A stretch of 64,000 nucleotides of DNA, from assembly GCF_004010195.1 (NCBI RefSeq), contig NC_057719.1, positions 24,107,933-24,171,932 on the forward strand. The letters run 5' to 3'. Origin of the DNA: Chiloscyllium plagiosum (lineage: Eukaryota). Of the stretch, positions 39,517-51,268 are shown one piece after another (the first letter of the stretch is position 1; the number at the start of each line of letters is the position of its first letter). A program made the translations under genes and the position numbers. Below the pieces are notes generated by a model. That model searched no databases. It had not been told where the DNA came from and saw only the letters and a program-made list of their open reading frames with translations.

Positions 39517-41003
39517 CTACAAAAAAGAGGCTTTCATGAAAAGAAATAGTAAAATTGCTAGAAAATAACTTAGCTCACATTATTTTCGAGATATTATAAA
39601 TATATATTAAAAGAAATGGCATAGCAGAATGACTTAACATCTTATTTAAACAAGAGAAAGCATCCTTTCAACATCAACATGGTCACATCAAATTCCCACA
39701 AACCGCATTGAGATCATCATCGGCTTATTGGCTTTAATGGTATTGGTTGAAGTACAAATACTAGGGAGAACTCCAACACATATAGGTCCAACCTACTCAA
39801 CGTCCTCAATAAATTCCCTCCTTGTCCAGGATCAACCAGGTGAACTCTCTCTGGGCTGCCTCCAATACCAGCAGCATTCCCATTAATTTTGTTTTCAGGT
39901 ACATGGACCTCAAAGGTCAAAGTGAGGAAGATAAACCTGTTTCACTGTGTTCGAGATGTGGTCTGATGAGTGCCTTGAATAGTTTTGGGAAGACTTCACT
40001 TTGAATTAAAAGCCAACAGTCCGTATGCCTTCCCTATTGCTATTGTGTGATTTAAGTATGAGGGCTCCCAAACCCCTCTGTACTGCAACTTGCTTCAGTT
40101 TTTCACCATTTCAATCATATTGACATTTTATTCATCCTATCAAAGAGCATTTTCCTACACTGTATTCCACCTATGAAGTTTCTGCCCACATCATTTATAA
40201 AGTGACAATGAGATATGTCAATAAGCTAACTAGCCTATAATTACCTGATGTTTTCTGTCACTGTTTGAATAAAAGTTTTACATTGTCAGTTTTCCAATCT
40301 TCTTAAAATTACTACCAGTGCATCACCATCTCTGTGGATATTTCTTTGAAAATCCAAGGATGCAACCCAAAAGGTCCAGGAGACTTTTCAGCCATTAATA
40401 TTTCTTCTCTCATGATAGTTATTGTTTTTACTTCCTCCTTTCACAGTCTCTTTTATCCCCTTGACTTAGTATTTTTGGAATACTATTAGTGTGCACCACC
40501 ATGAAGACTAATGCAAAGCATTGGTTCACCTCATCTGCTATTGCCTGGTTCCCATTATTTCCCCATCTTCATTCTCTGAGGGGCTCAAATTCACTTTACC
40601 TCTCTTCTCATATATTTATAGAAGCTCTTAGTGTCAGTTTTTTATATTGCTTTCTTGTCAGCTCTCAGTTCATTGCTCCCTTTTTATAACTTTTTTGGTT
40701 ATATTTTGTTGGTTTTTAAAACGTTCCCAATCTTCTGATTAACCACTGTTTGCCACATTGGATACCCTTTCTTTCAACTTAATACTACCCTTAACTGCTT
40801 TGGTTAAGTATGTTGGTTTATTCCCTTTTAAGAATCTTTCTTCCTCACTGTATGTCTTTGCAGTGAGTCATGAACTATTTTCTGAAACATCTGGCAGTGA
40901 TCCTCAGTAGTCTTTTCTGCTAAACTCCTTTCCCCACTCCACACCAGTCAATACTTCCCTCATTCCTATGTAATTAATCTTATTTAAATTTGTTTTCAGA
41001 TTA

Positions 41004-42471
41004 AGGGCGGCATGGTGGCTCAGTGGTTAGCACTGTTGCCTCACAGCATCAGGGTAGCAGGTTTGATTCCAGCCTCGAGTGACTGTCTGTGTGGAGTTTG
41101 CACATTCTCCCTGTGTCTATGTGGGTTTCTTCCGAACGCTCTGGTTTTTTTCCCACAGGGTAAAAACAATGACTGCAGATGCTGGAAACCAGATTCTGGA
41201 TCAGTGGTGCTGGAAGAGCACAGCAATTCAGGCAGCATCCGAAAAGCTTCCGACTGGATATTTTTGAAGTGAGGGTTAGGTACTCAGCCCTTTGCAAAAG
41301 TATTTTACAGAATATTCTCATCACTTTACCAAGGTGTTCATGAAAAATATGACTGAGCAAGTAAACACATGCGCGAGACGGCACTTCTGTCTTACTATCG
41401 CGACACTGAGTTCCCGGAAACTGACAAATGCTCCTGCAATCGTAGAAGCCGTTCGGGACCTTGTTTAATGCTGGGATTTCATTCTGGGTTTAGTCCTTCT
41501 TAGTTTAACCTGTAATTTGCAGAATGCAAAGGTTAGTTTGTTTAAATAGCAGACTCATTAAAATGATCGATTTAAACGAATTCTCCAGTGGAGCACCGCG
41601 TTAGATCAGTATGGCTTCCCTTGGTTAAGGTAAAATCGATGATCTAAATAATCAATTATTCGAATGAAATAGTGCTCGCCCATCTCGTTCGGATAATTGA
41701 GGTTCCTCTGTAGTCCTGTCTATCACAAGGTCAGAAGCAGAGATAGTTGTTCACATTTGCAGAGTGTCCAATAGCCATTGCAACTCCACAGATACTGAAA
41801 CAGTCTATTCTAGCCGCTAGTGACCAAGATAGGGTAGATAAAGATAAACGTTCTCCATCGTTGGGGATTTTAGAACTAAGGGGCACAGTCTGAGAAGTTG
41901 GTCCATTCAGGAGAGATGTTAGGAAGCACTTCTACATACAATAGATGGTAGATGTTTGAAACTCTCATCCACAAGTGAAGTGATTGCAGGATCAGTGTCA
42001 ATGTTAGATCTGAGATAGATAATTTTTGTTTATCAAAGGTACGAAGGGATATGGACCAATGGGATATGGAGTTCTGCCACAGATCTGCCCTGATGTGCCC
42101 ACCTCATCCTAGTTTCTAACCTCCAGCAACATGATCCCCTTGACTTGTCCGGACTTGTCCGACCTGCCCAGCTCCTTTTCCACCTATCCACTCCACCCTC
42201 TCCTCCCTGACCTATCACCTTCATCTCCTCCCCCACTGACCTATTGTACTCTATGCTACTCTATCCCCACCCCCACCCTCCTCTAGTTTTTTTCCCACAG
42301 TCCATAGATGTTCAGGTCAGGTGAATTGGTCATGCTAAATTGTCCATAGTGTTAGATGAATTACTCAGAGGGAAATGGGTCTGGATGGGTTACTCTTCGG
42401 AGAGTCGGTGTGGACTGGTTGGCCTGAAGGACCTGTTTCCACACTGTAGGGAATCTAGTCTAATCTAATCT
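41004..42471 (+). mobile_element. HE1-type SINE split into 41004-41158 and 42301-42471 by a 1127-bp insertion
   Basis: SINE sequence resumes in register (cccacag|tccatagatg...) and ends in a (tctaa)n tail. Confidence 0.9.
41159..42285. mobile_element. Composite insertion: PLE 3' end + cargo + probable inverted PLE segment
   Basis: Perfect 15-bp TSD gtttttttcccacag at 41144-41158 and 42286-42300; 41159-41242 is the exact reverse complement of 61516-61599. Confidence 0.85.
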
Positions 42472-42623
42472 TAACACAGTTGTTTCCAATCCAGGTTTCT
42501 CACTCTCAATCTGAATGCTAAATTTTACAATATTATGATCACCAGGAGATCTTTTATTCTAGGATCAGTTACTAAACATTACCAGATCCAAAATATCCTG
42601 ATCACTGGTTGAAATCCACAGTA

Positions 42624-42797
42624 CAGAGGAACCTCGATTATCTAAAGAACACAGGCAGGGAGTATTTTGTTCGGTTCAGCGAATTCCGGATAATCAAATG
42701 ACAGATAATATAGTTTAGACAAGCACTTGGACCTTGGTATCTTGCCCGATAATCTGATATTCGGATAATCGAATGTCAGATAATCGAGGTTCCTCTG
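42624..42797. mobile_element. Tigger/pogo-type MITE, 174 bp
   Basis: Perfect 20-bp TIRs cagaggaacctcgattatct; TA on both sides; the same TIR recurs at 41691-41710. Confidence 0.92.
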
Positions 42798-44258
42798 TAT
42801 ATTTTTCTCGCATATTGTTCTGAATACACCTGATGAATTGTTCTGAATATACCTGATGAATTCTTCTTCATGGATACCTTTGCCAATTTGTTTTTCTCAA
42901 TCGACAAGATTAAAGTCACCCATGATTAATGTACCATCTGTTTTATATAGCTTCACTATCTTCTGATATATTCTTTGTCCCACAGAACACCTTCTGTTAG
43001 GGGACATACAGACTACTCCTATTTCTTACCTCTAGCCATTTGGATTCTGCATCATCCAAATCAAGAATATTTCTTGCTATTACACCGATTGTATCTCATA
43101 CTAACAAAATTATGTCATCACTCTTCCTTTTCTGCATAAACTTTTAAAATCTCACATGCAGACATAAAATTGGATTAGACGCAGATCTCTCCTCGTCAGA
43201 ATGCTCCCCAGAATCAGAGGCACTTTTGTGTTGTTTTTTAGTTCTAATCATTTAATCTGGTATTCACCTTCCATCTTCTTTTCATTTGCCTGAAATACCC
43301 TCTCTTTATCCTCTCTGTAGTGCTCTTGATTGTTTCTTTTCAAAATTTCCATTTCCTTTTCTATTTCAAGCTATTCCTCTGCAAGCAGTTACAACCAGTC
43401 ATTAATTTCTAGGAAGCAAGAATCTTCATTATACTCACAACTAACTTGCATTTGAATATGGGATGCTGTAACTTGCAAGGCAATGGACCAAGTGCTGGAA
43501 GATGCAGATAGGCAGGATAGGTATGTTTTGACCAGCACAGACAAGTTAAACACACGGATCTCGTCTATTTGGACTATCTCTGACTTTATGATGCATTCAG
43601 CTTAATAGCTATGATGACATTGGTGGGCTTTGAAGTATCAAGGATATTACGATCCCACAATTGCAGCAGTCATCCTTTGATATTACATTTTATGTCATCA
43701 CTTATCATATATTGTCACATGCATCATCTTAATGGATTCAATAAATGGTGGCATGTTGCACATTTTCCCAAGTGCCTATTGTGCTTGTCTACCATAGAAG
43801 TCGTCTATATTTTGTTTCAATACTGTTAGATGTGAAAAACCTACTCACTTAAGAGTGAAGAAGACCAAATTTTGTCCATGTTTTGAAATACAAGAGCAGA
43901 AGAGAGAAACAATGATTATTCAGCTTCTCCATTTAAATTAGAAATGATTGTAGAGCTAAGTAAAAGTAAGGCTTTAGAATTCCAAATGCTTTTGAAATTC
44001 CAACTTTTCAGGTGCCCACTTGGTGTTTTAACATTTAATTATCTAACAGCATCTACAGGGCTAACAGACAGGGTATATAATTTAGTGCCTGCCAACAAAT
44101 GTAATACAGATATATAATGATTTCTGAAATAGGTCAGGGCTGGGATCAGACATGATTTCATATGGGTCTGCAAGAGGCATTTTATTGGAGCTGGGCCATT
44201 GCAGGTCACAATTTCAATTAAGCAAAATTTGATTCCTTAAGCGCAAGTTGCCACTTAC

Positions 44259-44361
44259 TCTAATTTTGGGTACCACTCTTCGAATTGTCTCTGAGGTGTT
44301 CTGCCGCATCAGGTTTGGTAGATTAACAACAACACTGGTTCGCTGCACATCTTGACCAGAA
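44259..44361 (-). CDS. PPP4R4: PPP4R4 coding exon (~exon 3), 103 bp, phase 2 to 0
   Basis: ttttgtttgcag|T TCT GGT CAA...AAA ATT AGA|gtaagt; translates SGQDVQRTSVVVNLPNLMRQNTSETIRRVVPKIR, matching recalled human AGQDVQGTSVIANLPFLMRQNPTETLRRVLPKVR. Confidence 0.95.
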
Positions 44362-44584
44362 CTGCAAACAAAACAACTGCACTTAAACCTGCAAACTGAG
44401 CATCAGGCAGATAATGCAAAAGCAGATTTTGTGTGTGTGTTTACACAGACGAGCACATAGATGAGGTTAAATATGTTAACTCCTGTTGAAAACAGACATC
44501 TTATAACATAGCACACTGTTGATTGACAAACACATCAAATAGTAAACATTTTTAAAACTATAGGTTAATTAGTCAGCTGATCAA

Positions 44585-44770
44585 GCAGATCCTTGGGCAG
44601 AGAAAAAGAGTTAACATTTTTGGTCATGCTATTCATTAGTATTCTAATTAACAGATCATTGGCATGAAATGTTAACTGTGTCTCTCCTTGGATGCTGCTT
44701 ATCTACTGAGCATTTCCAGAATTTTCATTTATTATTTCAAGTTTCCAGCATCCACAGCATTTTTCTTTTG
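44585..44770. mobile_element. Old PLE-derived fold-back relic (family B)
   Basis: gagttaacattt mirrored by aaatgttaactg; ends gatgctgc...tttccagcatccacagc. Confidence 0.55.
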
Positions 44771-45126
44771 GATTAATTTGTTAATACATTTTTCTACCTG
44801 TGTAATCTAAAGATGGAATTTTAATGTTACAATTAGTTATTCAATTCACTTTTACACTTAATATATGAAGTATGCAGAAAAGGTTGGAGATAAAGTGTTA
44901 CTTGCTACTCTCAAATGATACTGGACTTATGAAATTAAGCACTCTAACTGTCATAATCACAAAACAATAAACAAATTGAAGAGGATCAAAAACCAAAAGG
45001 ACAAAATAATCTAAAATTGATTTGTTCAAGTTTACAAATAGATTTCTAATTATCAATACCTAATAACAGTAAATTGTCAATGTTTCTAAACTAACAGCAG
45101 TTTCATTGTAACTGTACTGCATATAA

Positions 45127-45440
45127 TTAGATTACTTACAGTGTGGAAACAGGCCCTTCGGCCCAACAAGTCCATACCGACCCACCGAAGCGCAACCCAC
45201 CCAGACCCATTCCCCTACATTTACCCCTTCACCTAACACTAAGGGCAATTTAGCATGGCCAACTCACCTAACCTGCACATTTTTGGATTGTGGGAGGAAA
45301 CCGGAGCACCCGGAGGAAACCCACGCAGACACGGGGAGAATGTGCAAACTCCACACAGTTCAATTCCTGAGGCAGGAATTGAACCTGGGTCTCTGGCGCT
45401 ATGAGGCAACAATGCTAACCACTGTGCCACCGTGCCGCCC
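45127..45440 (-). mobile_element. Young HE1-type SINE
   Basis: Full head (gggcggcacggtggcacagtgg on minus strand), core and tail. Confidence 0.93.
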
Positions 45441-46069
45441 ACAACTTCTCTGCATTTATCTTCAAATTCAGCAGGGTCAACCTACTAGCAATTTGTTTCA
45501 GATAAAGTTTAACATTAAAAACTATATAAATGATCAACAGCTGCATATTATCTTCTTGAGAACATTAACGTTGTGCTCTGTACTAACTCTCCTAAAAGTA
45601 AACTGCAAACCCTAAATATTCAAAATGAAAACAAATACTGAAAATACATTTACAAATGACCATTGGCTACTTAAAAAGAAAAACTACTTGTTAAACACTT
45701 CATGGAGCTATTAACATTTTTAGTAATACTTAACCTCATTGAAGTGTCAATGCAATTAATGAGTTTCAGCATCCAATCATTAGCATTAACTGTTTCTTAG
45801 AATGTTTCCTCCTGTGGCAATAGGGACTAGTAGCGATTAAAATGGAAAGTTCTGGATGCGGACATGAATGGTTAGCTCAAAATCTAAATACCCAAGTCTC
45901 TGCTTGTTGGTCTCAGAATATAGAATTAATAATACTGTTGAAAATACACACTTGCCAACATTTGCCTAAGCAAAATAATCTCAGAAACAGAAAGAAGAAA
46001 AGATTTGCAAACACAAGGGACGCTATTCAGTCCCTTTGGATAACTCTCTGCTGCTGAGAGTTATCCAAA

Positions 46070-46219
46070 GTCAAAAATCACACAACACTGGATTATAGTC
46101 CAACAGGTTTTGGAGTCCTGCTTTTGGAGTCCTGCTCCTTCTTCCTTTCTGTTGAACTATAGCCCAGTGTCATGTGATTTTTGACTTTGTCCACCCCAGT
46201 CCATTACCGGCACATCGAA
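46070..46219. mobile_element. PLE-derived fold-back insertion (family A), hammerhead core lost
   Basis: caaagtcaaaaatcaca...tgtgatttttgactttg + tail tccaccccagtcc; TSD agt(t/c)atccaaa at 46059-46069 and 46220-46230. Confidence 0.8.
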
Positions 46220-46814
46220 AGTCATCCAAACTCTCTTTCTTCCAGCTCTTGCCCCATTGATTACAAACTTCAAGTCCAAATCCATTTTTAAAAAAATTCA
46301 ATGAGGGGTTCTGTCTTCACTGCTATTTTGGATGATGAGTTCCAGGCACTCAACACACTTTGGTTGAAAAAAAATTCACCAGCTCCCCCCGACACATCTC
46401 TTTACCAATTACTTTAAACATATGCTCCAATAAATGGCCTCTCAGATAATGGAAATAATTCTTTCCTATCCACCCTAGTTAGGTCCTTACAATTTTCTGC
46501 ATTTCAATTGAGAGTCTCCCCAGCCTTCCCTGTTCCAAAGGAAACAAAATCCTACTTATCTAATCTTTCTTTGCAGTTAAAATTTTCAATCCCTGCCAAC
46601 ATCTTTGTAAATCTCTTCTGTACTCTCGAATTGATTACATCCTTTGCAGTAACTAAAACTGTACTCGGAATTCTAATTTGTGTTTTATGCATGTCCAGCA
46701 TAGCCTTCTCGCTCAGATAACTCCAGATCTCAGCCAATAAAACAAAGTATTAAAACATTTTCTTGACCTACAGCCTATCTACCAATCCGCGTACCTTCAT
46801 GAATCTGTGGACTG

Positions 46815-47915
46815 ACACAGTGGACGCCATTTCTCTAGCCCTACACTCATCTCTAGAACATCTGGATAACAAGGATACCTATGTCAGATTCCTACTCATC
46901 ATATGCAGCTCTGCCTTCAATACTTTAATCCCTACCATTCTGATCTCAAAATTCTCAGAGGTCTCCACTTCGCCCTCTGCAACAGAATCCTCAGCCACAA
47001 TAATCCTCAACACTGGAGCCCCACACGACTGCACTCCCTGTGCACCCACAACTGTGTAGCCAACTTACATGCGAACGCCATCTATAAGTTTGCTGACGAC
47101 ACCATCGTTGTAGGCTGGATTTCGAAGAATGATTATTCAGAATGCAGAAAGGAAACAAAGTGGCTTGATGACATGGTGCAATGATAGCAATCTCTCTCTC
47201 CCAATTTCAGCAAAACAAAAGAACAGATCACTGACTTTAGGAACAAAGGAGGAGGACACCTATCTACAACAATGGAGCCGAGTTGGAGATAGTTGGCAGC
47301 ATCAACTTCCTAACAGTGACAATAATCAACAATCTGTCCTGGACTTCCCATGTAATGTGACGGTCAGGAAGGCACAATAAAGCCTCTTCTTCCTCAGGAG
47401 GCTAGGAAATTCAGCATGTCCATAAGGACTTTCACCAACTTTTATAGAAGCATTCTGTCTGAGTGTTTCATAGCTTGGTATGGAAACTGCTTTGTTCAGG
47501 ACCATAAGAAACTACAGAAAGTTGTGTGCACAGCCCAGGCCATCACAAAAGTCAACCTTCTGTCCTTGAAATCCATCTACACTTCTTGTTGCCACAAAAG
47601 GCTGCCAACATCGTCAAAGTCCCCACCCATCCCAGTTATACTCCCTTCTAACCTCTTCCATCAGGTAGAAGATGCAGAAGCTTGAACACAACAGGTTCAA
47701 GAACGGCTTCTTCCCTGCTGTTATTAGACTGCTGAATGGACCTCTCTAATTTCAAATCTAATGTTGATCTTACTTTGTGCACCTCCAGTGCAGCCATAAC
47801 CTTGTATGTCTCGCTCTAAGCAACCTATGATCTCTATGTCCTTGTTTGCTATGATCCAACTGTACTCCTTGCAAAACAAAACTTTTCACTGTGACAACAA
47901 TAACTCAAATCAAAT
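46815..47915 (+). mobile_element. Rex1/Babar-type LINE RT fragment
   Basis: [49 protein letters not shown]...AWYGNC in ORFs 46763..47685. Confidence 0.85.
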
Positions 47916-47975
47916 CTTTGCTCCATCTGTTTATGTATACATTTTTGACATACTCGTATCAATTCTGCATTCTCT

Positions 47976-49355
47976 TCAGGTTGTAAGCTTGCTCGCTGAG
48001 CTGGAAGGTTTCTTTTCAGACGTTTCACCATCATACTAGGTAACATTATCAGTGAGCCTCTGGTGAAGCGCTAGTATTGTGTCCCACTTTCTATTTATAT
48101 GTCTTGGTTTCTGAAGGTGGGTGATATCATTTCTGGTTCCTTTTCTCAGAGGATGGTAGGTGGGGTCCAAATTGACATGTTTATTGATGGAGTGCCGGTT
48201 GGAATGCCAGGCCTCCAGGAATTCTCGTGCATGTCTCTGTTTAGCTTGTCCAAGAATGGATGTGTTGTCCCAGTCAAAGTGGTGTCCTTCTTCGTCTATA
48301 TATAAGGATACTAGTGATAGTGGATCATGTCTTTTGGTGACTAGTTGGTGTTCATGTATCCTGGTGGCTAGTTTTCTGCTGTTCGTCTGTTATTACAAAA
48401 GAAGAGGAGAATAACAACAGACTCCCATTCCTAGATGTCACAGTAGAACAACCAGTTAATGGTGAACTTCAAACCAACATCTACAGGAAAACAACACACA
48501 CAGACCAATACTTAACTACAGAAGCAATCATCCCAACACCCACAAACAGAGCTGTATCAGGACATTATTTCACCAAGCCACAACACACTGCAGCACCCAG
48601 GATGTACAAACAGCAAAGGAAAAATACCTATTCAGCATATTCAAAAAGAACAGGTACCCAAAACACAGTCCACTGATTTCTCAATAACAAACTCAAACAA
48701 GCAGACACAACATGCCCAGAAATTCTAGTTGCATTACCTTACATCAAAAACATATCAGAAATTACTTCCAGACTACTCAGACCTTTTGGCATCATGGTAG
48801 CCCACAAACCTACAACACACTTAAACAGCGACTAATGAACCTAAAGGATCAGATACAAACAACCAGCAAAGCTAATGTCCTTTACAAAATACCATGCAAG
48901 GACTGTAACAAATAGTAAATCAGAAAAACAGGCAGCAAACTAGCCACCAGGATACATGAACACTAACTAGCCACCAAAAGACATGACCCACTATCACTAG
49001 TATCCTTATATACAGACGGAGAAGGACACCAGTTTGACTGGAACAACACATCTATCCTAGGGCAAGCTAAACAAAGACATGCACGAGAATTCCGAGAGAC
49101 CTGGCATTCTAACCAGAATTCCATCAATAAACACATCAATTTGTACCCCGTCTACCATCCTCTGAGAAAAAGAACTGGAAATGATATCACCCACTTTAAG
49201 AAACCAAAACACAAACAGAAAGCAGGACATAACACCAGCACTTCACCAGATGCTCACTGATAGTACTTAGTGTGGTGATAAAACATCTGAAAACAAACCT
49301 TCCAGCTGCAAGCAAATCTACAACCAGAAGCTAAGCTACAAATCTTCTCAAAAAT
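47976..49355 (+). mobile_element. Penelope element, 5'-truncated, with inverted 3'-end copy (47976-48388, minus strand)
   Basis: EEENNNRLPFLDV..IYRKTTHTD (RT C-terminus/thumb), NVLYKIPCKDC..TG.KLATRIHEH (GIY-YIG); left 0.4 kb is the reverse complement of the 3' end; decayed hammerhead at ~48016-48056 (minus: tca-ctgataa...gaaa-cgtc-tga). Confidence 0.9.
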
Positions 49356-49516
49356 CTGTAACCCCTTACTTTGTTTATCTTGTCTAAAGTTGTTACCTCA
49401 TATTTGCCATTTTTCAACCCAAATAACCACTTCATTAATAATTTCCTGCATTTTACACCTTTCTTTCTCACTTTCAACCATATGCCGAATAGTAACATCT
49501 TTATTGCAGCAGGGGC

Positions 49517-49620
49517 AATAAAAACAGAATTTGCTGGAAAAAGCTCAGCAGATCTGGCAGCATCTATGGAGAGAAATCAGAGTTAAGGTTTCAGGTCCAG
49601 GGACCCTTCCTCAGAACCCA
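49517..49620 (-). mobile_element. PLE 3'-end fragment (family B) with hammerhead-like motif at 49582-49617
   Basis: Minus strand GUU-CUGAGGA-AGGGUC-CCUG-GACCU-GAAA-CCUU-AAC; helix III palindrome apparently mutated (ACCU for ACGU). Confidence 0.7.
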
Positions 49621-50198
49621 GCAAGGGATTTAGTACTAAGATCTCCAAAACCTCCAGGAAATAGCTTTCTAGTCACAAATATACCCACTTCCTACCACAA
49701 TCAATTTTGGACCAGGCTTGCATTTTCCTTTTGGATCTGATGAACTTTTCATTCACTATTCTGTAATCTAATCAAAGGCCTTGCTAAAATCCACATAGAC
49801 TGTATTAAGTATTCACCCAACCTGCTATCTCGTCAGAAAATTCAAAATTAGTATCACAAATGTTCAGTTATATTATTATAAATATGGGAACAAACTAATC
49901 ACCATTTAGAAATACACACATAGAAGCCTTTAACCAGTTCTCTCTGGTCAGAATGGGATCTAAACATGAACTCTTTTTCTCTCTCTCTCTCTCCGCAGAT
50001 GCTGCCAGACTTGCTGAGCTTTTAGGCAAGAAATGCAGGATGGATATTAAGAGAAATAGTTAATTGCAGGTCTATCTATGAGGGCTGTAGAAGCAGAGGC
50101 AACAGAATGATTTCAAAAGAAAATTAGGCATTGTAAGCAAATAAACTTACAGGGTTAAGGAAACAGATCAGGGAAATGGGATTGATTAAATTGCTCTG

Positions 50199-51268
50199 CA
50201 GAACTGGCTCAAAGATAGAAGACAGAGGGTGATGGTGGAGGATTGTTTTTCAGACTGGAGGCCTGTGACCAGTGGAGTGCCACAAGGATGGGAGCTGGGT
50301 CCTCTACCTTTTGTCATTTACATAAATGATTTGGATGCAAGCATAAGGAGGTATAGTTACTAAGTTTGCAGATGACACCAAAATTGGAGGTGTAGTGGAC
50401 AGCGAAGAGGGTTACCTCAGACTACAACAGGATCTGGACCAGATGGGCCAATGGGCTGAGAAGTAGCAGATGGAGTTTAATCCAGAAAAATGTGAGGTGC
50501 TGCATTTTGGAAAAGCAAGTCTTAGCAGGACTTATACACTTAATGGTAAGGTCCTAGGGAGTGTTGATGAACAAAGAGACCTTCGAGTGCAGGTTCATAG
50601 CTCCTTGAAAGTGGAGTCACAGGTAGCTAGGATAGTGAAGAAGGCATTTGGTATGCTTTCCTTTATTGGTCAGAGTATTGAGTACAGGAGTTGGGAGGTC
50701 ATGTTGCAGCTGTACAGGACATTGGTTCGGCCACTGTTGGAATATTGTGTGCAATTCTGGTTTCCTTCTTATCGGAAAGATGTTGTGAAACTTGAAAGGG
50801 TTCAGAAAAGATTTACAAGGATGTTGCCAGGGTTGGAGGATTTGAGCTATAGGGAGAGGCTGAACAGGCTGGGTCTGTTTTCCCTGGAGCGTCGGAGGCT
50901 GAGGGGTGACCTTATAGAGGGGCATGGATAGGATAAATAGACAAAGTCTTTTCCCTGGGGTTGGAGAGTCCAGAACTAGAGGGCATAGGTTTAGGGTGAG
51001 AGGGGAAAGATATAAAAGGGACCTAAGGGGCAATGTTTTCAAGCAGAGGGCGGTACGTGTATGGAATGAACTGTCAGAGGATGTGGTGGAGGCTAGTACA
51101 ATTGCAACATTTAAGAGGCATTTGGATGGGTATATGAATAGGAAGGGTTTGGTAGGATGTGGGCCGGGTGCTGGCAGGTGGCACTAGATTGGGTTGGGAT
51201 ATCTGGTCGGCATGGATGGGTTGGATCGAAGGTTCTGTTTCCATGCTGTACATCTCTATGACTCTATG
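50199..51268 (+). mobile_element. Young 5'-truncated CR1 (HER1-like) LINE
   Basis: ORFs 50470..50931 and 50924..51187; tail ctctatgactctatga. Confidence 0.95.
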
